Notes under the pieces: model-generated
What the model saw: the letters and a program-made list of their open reading frames with translations, nothing else
Databases searched by the model: none
What the model was told of the DNA's origin: nothing
Shown: positions 1-9,766 of the stretch, in pieces
Layout: every line of letters begins with the position of its first letter
How positions within the stretch are numbered: position 1 is the stretch's first letter
Program-made: the position numbers and the translations under genes
Assembly (NCBI GenBank): GCA_951406725.2
Contig: OX597820.1
Location: 45,756,001-45,820,000, forward strand
Direction: 5' to 3'
Origin: Octopus vulgaris
Taxonomy: Eukaryota
DNA: 64,000 nt

Positions 1-685
1 GTGTGTTAACATCCCTGTAACTTAGCAGTTCAGCAAAAGAGAATGATAAAATAAGTACTAGGCTTAATAAAAAATAAGTACTGTCGTCGAGTCAGTCAAC
101 AAAATGTTCTTTTAAAAGGAGGCGTTCCAGTATGGCCACAGTCTAATGACTGAAACAATTAGAAAAAGAAAAACATCTGTATCTAAATAAAGAAATACTT
201 ATATTACTTCTCACTTACTTTTTCTCTACTGTTATTAACATTCTTGTCTGTACACTAACAAGAACTCTCATTCCTGAGTGTGTGTGTGTATGGTGGGGGT
301 ACACTGTTTTTATTTTTTTTTCAGTCTTGGTTTTTGAATAGGTATACCATATCTTTGTGTGTCATAAGAGGTGACAAAAATAGTTGGCATCAAGAGGGGT
401 TGTCCAGCCACAAGATGTACCCTCAGAAAACCCTTCCAACCTGATCCTGTATTGAAAAGCAAATGTAAAATGATAATAAAAAATGTTAAAAGAGAAAATT
501 GGCGATGATGCTGATGGTAATCATGATGAATAAATCATGAGAGTGAAAACAGTCAAAACATATTGTTGAATATAATTATTTATTGTACACAGCAGGTATC
601 TCCAATTTTGCCCTAAGTCAGCCTTGAATCAACAGACTGATCATCAAAAGCAGAACAGGAGGTATCAACAGAGTACAAGTATATA

Positions 686-749
<64 letters not shown>

Positions 750-813
750 TGTGTGTGTGTGTGTGTGTGTGTATGTGTGTGTGTGTGGGGGGGTGTATGT
801 GTGTGTGTGTATA

Positions 814-1096
814 CAAAGGGTGCGTAAAGTATTAGAGGACGTATGTTAATTTCACTACAGCAGCATATTTATCAACTTAATATTTTCTATATTTCAGAAT
901 TATCAATGGCAGACCCTATGATTACACAAGAAATGAAGTCATCATGGCTATAAAGGCTGAACATAGCATTTTAGAAGTAGTACAATTTTTAAAAGTTGCT
1001 AGATCCTTTGTCTACAAACATCGCAAGGAGTCGGAGGCTAAAGACAGAAATGTATCGCCAGTATCAAAATGTAAGAAACCTTGTAGATGCACTGAT
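814..1096 (+). mobile_element. 5' half of a DD37D (maT/Bmmar1-like) Tc1/mariner element
   Basis: TA + TIR caaagggtgcgtaaagtattagaggac; degenerate N-terminal coding (..FLKVARSFVYK..VSKCKKPCRCTD). Confidence 0.7.
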
Positions 1097-1348
1097 ACTT
1101 GCTGGATTTTTGCCAAAACTTGAAACCAGTTTATTCCAGCTCTTTGTGTTCTGTGTTCAACTGGTACTGAAGTGAACATTACCTGTCATCCTTCAGGGAC
1201 CATGACATAAGCCACTAGTCCAGGGTGGTAGCTGACATACTTTGTTGTATTTGTTCTGGATCTTTGTTTTCTGAGTTCAAATCTTACCAACAGCAAAGGT
1301 TTATCACATCAGAACCATGATTTGATTATGAAATTTTTAATGGATGTA

Positions 1349-2641
1349 TGAGGGGCGTTCAATAAGTAATGCCCCTGACCCACTTCCCATAGCAGTAGAG
1401 CAACGAAACTTGCCACAGTTATTAGCTTTTTTCTACATATGAACCACCCAGAGTTATGCATTTCTCCCATTGTTTGATGCAGCTCTGGAGACCGTTTTTG
1501 TAGAAGACCCCAGCTTGGTCCTCCAACCACGGTGTGACTTCAGAAATCAAGGCTGCATCATCTGGGAAACGCTTTCCTTTCAAAAACAACTTCATTGCTG
1601 GGAAGAGGTGAAAATCAGAGGGTGCAAGGTCAGGAGAGTAGGGGGGATGGGGGAGGAGTTCATAGCTGCACGCCTGTGCTTCTGATCTGGTGACACGCGA
1701 GTTGTGGACCGGAGCGTTGTCCTGCAGGAGGAGGATGCCTTTTCTGATCTTGCCCCACCTCTTGATTTTGATAGCTTCTCTTAATTTCCTCAAAAGTGAA
1801 GCATAATAGGCTCCTGTAATTGTGGTACCCTTTGCCAGGAAATCTGTCATCACTACTCCATCCTGGTCCCAGAAGACTGTGAGCATGACCTTGCCAGCGG
1901 AGGGCTGCACCCTTGCCTTCTTTGGAGGAGGTGAGTCACAGTGCTTTCACTGCATTAACTGGGCTTTGGTCTCTGGATCATAGTGATGAACCCTGGTTTT
2001 ATCCTGTGTAATCAGTCTTTTGAAAAATTTTGACTCATCTTCTTGGCACATCTCCAAATTCTTCCTCGAGCACTCGACACGTTCTTGCTTCTGGAAAGGT
2101 GTGAGCAGCCTGGGAATCCATCTGGCAGACAACTTTTGCATATGAAAATGGTCATGAATGATAGTTTCCACAGACCCGGTATTAATCTTGACCTCATGGG
2201 CTATTTGGCGAATAGTTATACATCGATCTTCTAAAATGGCAGCCTCAACTAGACGGACAGATGCCTCATCAATGGCAGAAGCGGGGCGACCAGATCTGGG
2301 AGCTGTTTCCACAGAGTTCCAACCATGTTTGAATTCACGATGCCAGCGTTTTACAAGGTCATATGATGGGGCATCATCACCATAAGTTACTTTCATTTCA
2401 TCAAAAGTCTCCCATGGTGTGCGTCCTTTCAAATACAAAAACCGAATCACTGCTCAACACTCAACAGGCTCCATTTCACACTTGACTCAGTTCAAACACC
2501 TGTAAATCAGAAACCACAATTAGTTCAGAGCTGTAATTTGCCAATTAATCAATAGAGATATAAATAATTGCACATGCACTATTTCAGCTAGATCAAAGAA
2601 CAGCAAGTGGGTCAGGGGCATTACTTATTGAACGTCCCGTG
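1349..2641 (-). mobile_element. Full-length mariner (DD34D, irritans/Himar-like), 1293 bp, inactive
   Basis: ~36-bp TIRs (..gggcgttcaataagtaatgcccctgacccactt), TA target duplication at 1347-48 and 2642-43. Confidence 0.95.
1422..2474 (-). pseudogene. Mariner transposase with two in-frame nonsense codons
   Basis: ATG at 2474; TGA at codon 7 (likely CGA>TGA) and at 1947-49 (likely TGG>TGA); motifs WIPRLL, QDNAPVH, YSPDLAPSD; ORFs 1947..2450 and 1422..1910 share a frame. Confidence 0.9.
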
Positions 2642-2791
2642 TAGGAGTATTGTGGTTGTCTACTTCAGTAGTCAGCCAATGACAATCGTGAAAATAGATT
2701 GGTAGATCTGTATAGCAGGGATTGGTACTTAATCTATCAGTCTCTTTGGCTGAGCTGCTAGGTTATAGGGATATATATGCACCAACAGTGG

Positions 2792-2831
<40 letters not shown>

Positions 2832-2832
2832 A

Positions 2833-3020
2833 GATAATCCAAACATGAAAACACAACAACACGAGGACGTGGAACAAGTATAGTGTTACTGGACGCTCAG
2901 GAAAGGAAAGAAAGGAGGATTTAACGTTTCAAGTGGAGCTCTTCGTCAGAAACATATAAAAAGGAAAGGTCCAAGGAAGTGAAGATGGAGAAAGAAAATC
3001 GCTGATACACATGTGGTCAC
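2833..3020 (-). mobile_element. Short Penelope-pLTR-like element with decayed minimal hammerhead (2919-2953)
   Basis: gttt CTGACGA a gagc tcc actt GAAAC GTT aaat; 3' end abuts (TA)n; paralog at 4385-4580. Confidence 0.6.
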
Positions 3021-3050
3021 ATACACACACACACAAATACACACACAAAT

Positions 3051-3081
<31 letters not shown>

Positions 3082-3619
3082 CACACACACACACATATAT
3101 ATAAAAAGTACCCATTACACTTTTGGAGTGATTGGTGTTAGGAAGGGCATCAAGCCTTAGAAACCATGCCAAATCAAACAGGAACTTGTTGTAGTTCTCC
3201 AGCCTTCCGGTTCCAGTAAAACCATTTAACCTGTGCCAACATGGAAAACAGATGCTAAATTATAATGATCACACACACACACACATACACACATGTATAT
3301 GTGTGTGTGTATACAATGGACTTCTTTCAGTTTCTGTTTACCAAATCCTCTCATAGACAATAGAAGAAGACACTTGCCCACGAGGCCACACAGTAGAACT
3401 GAACCCAGAAACATGTGGTTGGGAAGCAAGCTTCTTACCACACAGCCACATCTACATTTTTAATTATATTTCCTTTTAAAACCAAAACAATGCAAGTCCT
3501 AAAAATAATACAGAACAATGTTTTTACTTGGTATTTCAATATTTTGGGATTAGGACACTTTCCTCATGAAATCTTTGGAGAAAAGTTGTCATTAGCTAAC
3601 TTCCCTGTCCTGTAGTATG

Positions 3620-3658
<39 letters not shown>

Positions 3659-3664
3659 AAGCAG

Positions 3665-4087
3665 GGGTTAAGTGACCCATCCGTTCGTGTCCGCTGTCAG
3701 CCTCGTCTGGCACCCGTGTCGGTGATACGTAAAAGCACCATTCGCTCGTGGCCGTTTGCCAGCTCAGTCTGGCCCCCGTGTCGGTGGCACGTAAAAGCAC
3801 CATCCGTTCGTGTCCGTTGCCAGCATCGCCTGGCCCCGTGCCGGTGACACGTAAAAGCACCATCCGTTCGTGGCCGTTCGCCAGCTCTGTCTGGCACCTG
3901 TGCAGGTGGCACGTAAAAAACACCCACTACACTCGCGGAGTGGTTGGCGTTAGGAAGGGCATCCAGCCGTAGAAACACTGCCAGATCTGACTGGGCCTGA
4001 CGAAGCCTTCCAGCTTCACAGACCCCAGTTGACCCGTCCAACCCATGCTAGCATGGAAAGCGGACGCTAAATGATGATGATGATGAT
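3665..4087 (+). repeat. RTE-LINE 3'-UTR-derived repeat with ~60-bp internal tandem units and (TGA)n tail (other copies at 10245-10515, 12597-12995, 50100-50587)
   Basis: Units ..ggcacgtaaaagcacc..; the same UTR is fused to an RTE ORF2 C-terminus at 18357-18700. Confidence 0.75.
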
Positions 4088-4106
4088 ATGTATATGTATA
4101 TATATG

Positions 4107-4150
<44 letters not shown>

Positions 4151-4350
4151 TAAAAACGGTAAGATAACAAAAGAAAGAAAGAGACCTCAATATTATGTAA
4201 ATAGAGGAAATTCATCTGTAAATTAATATGTTACCATTATTCAATATATATAATTTACATTTATATTGGAACCGTCCAACCCATGCTAGCATGGAGAACG
4301 GACGTTAAATGATGATGATGATATATATGTATGTATGTCTATGTATGTAG

Positions 4351-4384
<34 letters not shown>

Positions 4385-4387
<3 letters not shown>

Positions 4388-4580
4388 ATCCAAACATGAA
4401 AACACAAATAGAAAACACAACAACGCGAGGCCGTGGAACAAGCATAGTATTATTGGACACTCAGGAAAGAAGGAGAGTTTAACATTTCAAGCGGAGCTCT
4501 TCATCAGAAACATAGGAAAAGGAAAGATCCAAAGAAGAGAAGACGGAGGAAAAAATCGCCAACGGTACATATGCAGTCAC
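4385..4580 (-). mobile_element. Second copy of the pLTR-like element with decayed minimal hammerhead (4477-4511)
   Basis: gttt CTGATGA a gagc tcc gctt GAAAT GTT aaac; flanked by (TA)n. Confidence 0.6.
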
Positions 4581-4779
4581 ATTTGTACATGTATGTATAT
4601 ATATATATATATATAGTGACGTATTTTTGCCATTTCAATATGGCTAACCCCTAAGGGTGGATGCTACTGTAGTTTTTAGCCCCAGGAGGACACACTCCTC
4701 CAGCTGGCCATAGACACACTTTCTGTGTCCTGTCAGTATTTGCAAAGGGAAGTCATCCTTCCGTCTTCAACTTATGATA

Positions 4780-4824
4780 CACACGGACTCGAGTTTCGAG
4801 GTATTGACCTCTCGTCAGCGTGTG
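4780..4824 (-). ncRNA. Type I hammerhead ribozyme (minimal, palindromic stem III)
   Basis: cacacg CTGACGA gaggt caat acctc GAAA c tcga GTC cgtgtg. Confidence 0.9.
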
Positions 4825-5349
4825 ACAATCATAGTTGTCAATCATAATTAGATTTCCTTCACAAATACTTATACTTTTTCCAGCGTCCACTGTCGCTGAT
4901 ATTGAAAAAGTGAAATCAAACAATGATAAATATCAGAGTTAGTTATATACAGTAGCGGTAACACATTGTGACGTATTTTTGCCATTTCAATATGGCTAAC
5001 CCCTAAGGGTGGATGCTACTGTAGTTTTTAGCCCCAGGGGGATTAAATGTCAGTATTTGCAAAGGAAGTCATCCTTCCCGTCTTCCTGACAGGACACAGA
5101 AAGTGTGTCTATGGCCAGCTGGAGGAGTGTGTCCTCCTGGGGCTAAAAACTACAGTAGCATCCACCCTTAGGGGTTAGCCATATTGAAATGGCAAAAATA
5201 CGTCACAATGTGTTACCGCTACTGTATATAACTAACTCTGATATTTATCATTGTTTGATTTCACTTTTTCAATATCAGCGACAGTGGACGCTGGAAAAAG
5301 TATAAGTATTTGTGAAAGAAATCTAATTATGATTGACAACTATGATTGT

Positions 5350-5394
5350 CACACGCTGACGAGAGGTCAATACCTCGAAACTTGAGTCCGTGTG
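5350..5394 (+). ncRNA. Type I hammerhead ribozyme (second copy)
   Basis: cacacg CTGACGA gaggt caat acctc GAAA c ttga GTC cgtgtg; stem I extends (atgat/atcat) across an internal loop. Confidence 0.9.
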
Positions 5395-5954
5395 TATCAT
5401 AAGTTGAAGACGGGAAGGATGACTTCCCTTTGCAAATACTGACAGGACACAGAAAGTGTGTCTATGGCCAGCTGGAGGAGTGTGTCCTCCTGGGGCTAAA
5501 AACTACAGTAGCATCCACCCTTAGGGGTTAGCCATATTGAAATGGCAAAAATACGTCACGATGTGTTACCGCTACTGTATATAACTAACTCTGATATTTA
5601 TCATTGTTATATATATATATATATATAAAGCCAGCTGGAAAAGATGTTTTCTTGGGGCTATAATAACAGTAACATCATCCTTTATAAGATTGTTCTGTTG
5701 GCATATAAACATTACTATTTCGTACTGTTACAGTATATTTCTCACCCAGAGATTTAAAACAAGTTATATATATATATATATATATAAATCCTTTATGCAG
5801 TCATCAAAATTGTTATAATGTCTTGTTGTTGAGATAGGCTCTCTTTTTTTCCTGATAAGAAGATTGCATTTTGTACTTTTTATTCCTTTGGAATAAAACC
5901 AATGTCGAAAGTAAAAGAATTTGAATAGCATCTGCGTTCAATTCCATTTATTTA

Positions 5955-5994
<40 letters not shown>

Positions 5995-6482
5995 GAGAGA
6001 GAGAGAGAGAGAGAGAGAGCTTCTTTCAGTTTCCACATACCAAATGCATTCTCAAAGCTTTGCTTGGCCCTGGGTTATAGGAGAAAACACTTGCTCAAGG
6101 TGCTGCTCAGTGGAACTGAACCCATGATCACATGGCTGGAAAGCAAACTTCTTAACCACACAGCCATGTCTGTACCTAGTGAATGTAAAATCATTTCTAA
6201 TTTTGTCACAAGAGCACAAACCAAAGAGGATGGGCATGCTGATTAACCCAATTATCTTTTAGTTTTTATTACATCATTAATTTTTATAATAATAGTGTTC
6301 TTAGGTTTAGATTTCCAGTGAATTAATAACCAGATCACTATGTTTACAATGACAAGGGTGACAAAGAAATATCTTTGAAACTTGGGAAGAATACAAAATA
6401 CCACAAGGTATTTTTGTTTAACACGTCAGGGTTTAGGTGTTTCTGTGGATATGTACATCATTTGCTAATATATGTACGTCAT

Positions 6483-6516
<34 letters not shown>

Positions 6517-6569
6517 GGAGAGAGAGAGAGAGAGAGGGAGGGAGAGAGAGAGAGAGAGAGAGGGGGAGG

Positions 6570-6611
<42 letters not shown>

Positions 6612-6663
6612 AGATACTTACACACATATAGCTTGGAAAGCAGATTGATGATGATGATTATGA

Positions 6664-6723
<60 letters not shown>

Positions 6724-6872
6724 AATATAAGAGAGTGGTCACTATATGGCTCACTCTTGCACTAGTTAATCCAAAAGGTTTCAACCACAAAAATACATGT
6801 TTCCCATGAAAGTCAGTACGATTGTTAGCTCACACGGACAGGGCAAATAAAAAATAACAAAAATACAGATTA

Positions 6873-6954
6873 TTTTGGGACAATTGTTTCGCTATTAATG
6901 AATTAAATGTAATTTTACTTACAAAAAAATCCACTTGTAGCTCGTCAGCCAAAA
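6873..6954 (-). ncRNA. Type I hammerhead ribozyme with enlarged stem II
   Basis: ttttgg CTGACGA gcta [43 nt] tagc GAAA c aatt GTC ccaaaa. Confidence 0.8.
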
Positions 6955-7406
6955 CTATCTGGATGAAATCCACTCAATCACACGCCAGATTTTACCATAA
7001 CGATAAATACACGTGTGGTTCAATTGATTACATCCGACGTTATAATTCAAATGCCCCAACTAACAGCGCGCCAAACTCTCACGGAAAACAAATACTGCAT
7101 TTAGAAATAAATGTAGCATAATTATAATTAATTAATAAGGGTGAGAGAATTAGATACTAATTTAATAGTATATCTATTCAACACCAATTGGCCTAGTGCT
7201 CCGAGAAACCTGGATTATTATAATATTTTATAATATATTATAATATTTTTACAAAATAAATATAAGAGAGTGGTCACTATATGGCTCACTCTTGCACTAG
7301 TTAATCCAAAGGTTTCAACCACAAAAATACATGTTTCCCATGAAAGTCAGTACGATTGTTAGCTCACACGGACAGGGCAAATAAAAAATAACAAAAATAC
7401 AGATTA

Positions 7407-7489
7407 TTTTGGGACAATTGTTTCGCCTATTAATGAATTAAATGTAATTTTACTTACAAAAAAATCCACTTGTAGCTCGTCAGCCAAAA
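7407..7489 (-). ncRNA. Type I hammerhead ribozyme with enlarged stem II (1-nt insertion in stem II)
   Basis: Same motif as 6873-6954, 534 nt away; extra base in the 3' strand of stem II. Confidence 0.7.
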
Positions 7490-7551
7490 CTATCTGTACT
7501 TATCGTTATGGTAAAATCTGGCGTGTGATTGAGTGGATTTCATCCAGATAG

Positions 7552-7633
7552 TTTTGGCTGACGAGCTACAAGTGGATTTTTTTGTAAGTAAAATTACATT
7601 TAATTCATTAATAGCGAAACAATTGTCCCAAAA
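7552..7633 (+). ncRNA. Type I hammerhead ribozyme with enlarged stem II
   Basis: ttttgg CTGACGA gcta..tagc GAAAC aatt GTC ccaaaa; stem I extends cagat/atctg. Confidence 0.8.
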
Positions 7634-7909
7634 TAATCTGTATTTTTGTTATTTTTTATTTGCCCTGTCCGTGTGAGCTAACAATCGTACTGACTTTCAT
7701 GGGAAACATGTATTTTTGTGGTTGAAACCTTTTGGATTAACTAGTGCAAGAGTGAGCCATATAGTGACCACTCTCTTATATTTATTTTGTAAAAATATTA
7801 TAATATATTATAAAATATTATAATAATCCAGGTTTCTCGGAGCACTAGGCCACTTGGTGTTGAATAGATATACTATTAAATTAGTATCTAATTCTCTCAC
7901 CCTTATTAA

Positions 7910-7940
<31 letters not shown>

Positions 7941-8041
7941 CATGTCACAATTAGTGACAATAAAACTTTTCCTTTTTGGTCTTATATTGCACCTAGCTGC
8001 TTATATTAATTTACATATATATACATACACACACATACATA

Positions 8042-8946
8042 CAGGGTGCATAAGGTATTTGAGGACAGTTATATACTAACACAAAAATGACTCTCAGAAA
8101 CAGGCAATAATGCCTTTTTACTGAATAAAATCTTGAAGATAAGAATAAACATATTGTTTCATCATTTTATTCAATAAAGTCTTCTTCAGCTTCAATAACG
8201 GCTTCTGTGTGAGGTCTGAATCGCCTACATGCTAGGATCAAATGGTCTGTGTTCATACTGGACATTACTCTGATCATGGATGCTTTTTAAGAGATTCTTT
8301 GGTGTTATGAGGGTGCTCATTAACCTCTTTCTCAACTACGCTCCATACGTAGTAGTCTGATGGATTGAGATCTGGGGAACTAGGAGGTCAAATGTTGGAG
8401 GTTATGTGGCCATGAAAATTTTCTACTATCCATTCCTGTGATGCAGTAGCTTTGTGTGATGGTACCGAGTCTTGTTGGAACACATAAGGTCTTCCATTGT
8501 GTACATTATCGATACATGGCTTAATCACTGTATTCAGAACATATGTGTAGGCAGCAGAGTTTATTCGAAGATCTTGTGGAAACAAATGATGAGACATACA
8601 TTATTCTTGGAACTTCCGAAGGGTCTGCATATGGCCATCTGTCATTTCTTCTGTTTATCTTCTGATCTTGGTCAAAGTTTTTCTCGTCTGAGGAGAACCA
8701 AATATCTTTCTATGCTGGGTTTTTAAGTTTGTTCGGGAGTCTTTTAGATCTGATTAAACGATTTTCCTTCACTGTTTCTGACATGAAATGATCTTTTCTC
8801 ATTGCATAAGATTTGTATCTGATGTCTTTGTGGACAACATTTCGGATTGTTCCTTCTGACACATGGTGTTCTTTTGCAATCAACCTCATGGGTCTTCTGA
8901 GATTGTCATCAATGGTCTGCTTTACTTGTTGAATAAATTCTGGTTT
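8042..8946 (-). mobile_element. 3' half of the same DD37D/maT element
   Basis: TA + TIR cagggtgcataaggtatttgaggac; KPEFIQQV..SDEKNF..QQDSVPSH..(W>*)PPSSPDLNPSDYYVW with 37 residues between the 2nd and 3rd Asp. Confidence 0.85.
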
Positions 8947-9727
8947 ATACAACAAAGCATGTCAGCGACCACCCTGGACTAGTGGCTTATGTCATGATCC
9001 CAGAAGGATAACAGGTAATGTTCACTTCAGTACCAGTTGAACTCAGAACACAAACAGCTGGAATAAACTGGTTTCAAGTTTTGGCAAAAATTCAGCAAGT
9101 TCAGAGAAGGGGTTAAGTTGTACACAACCCCAGAGCTCAACTGGTATTTATTTTATTGACCCTGAAAGGATGAAATGCAAAGCTGATATTAGCAGAATTT
9201 GAACTTAGAGCATAAGGACAAACGAAATGGCGCTAAGCAGTTTGCCCAGCATGCTAACGGTTTTGTTGCCTTGAGAGCTGGAATAAATTACTGTTTCTAA
9301 TTTATACACAAGACTAGCAATTTTGAGGGAGAGAGAGCAGGGTTAGTCAGTATCACCAGCCCCAGTCCTTGATTGATGTTTTATTACAGCAAGTGCAGAG
9401 GAGTGAAAGCCAATGCCGAACTTGGTGGAATTTGAATCCAGAACATAAAAGAAGTGGCAGAAATATCACAAAGCATGTTTTTTGATGCTTGATCAATTTT
9501 GCCAATCCTCTACCTTTAAATAATTGTTTCTAATACAAGTACAAGGCCTGAAATTTGATCAATACTATTGACCTTCAGCACTTATCTGGTACCTTATTTT
9601 ATTGATCCCAGATGGATGAAAGATAAATCTCAGCTTAGCAGCAATTAAACTTAGAGTGCAGAGAAATGAGAATACATAATGCACTGTATTTTATCAATAC
9701 TCTGACTATCTACTCTTCTTCTTCTTC

Positions 9728-9766
<39 letters not shown>

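Larger units (their letters stand above)
4616..5608. mobile_element. Hammerhead-bearing non-coding retroelement (retrozyme or Penelope pLTR-like), ~352-bp monomer, head-to-head inverted arms, in (TA)n
   Basis: Left arm 4616-5038 (minus, period 352), right arm 5086-5608 (plus, period 353), near-identical copies, (TA)n on both sides. Confidence 0.85.
6718..7915. mobile_element. Second hammerhead-bearing retroelement family, ~535-bp monomer, head-to-head inverted arms, in (TA)n
   Basis: Left arm 6718-7496 (minus, ~1.45 units, 2 hammerheads), right arm 7497-7915 (plus, 1 hammerhead). Confidence 0.85.

Noticed and set aside
3665-3920. CRISPR-like regularly spaced ~60-bp repeats
   Set aside because: The spacers are homologous to each other, the array is part of the RTE LINE 3'UTR seen several times in the window, and there are no cas genes
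4616-7915. Inverted duplications as sequencing chimeras
   Set aside because: The same layout recurs in unrelated families, one with a TSD and diverged arms, and the arms end at (TA)n; raw-read confirmation is still advisable
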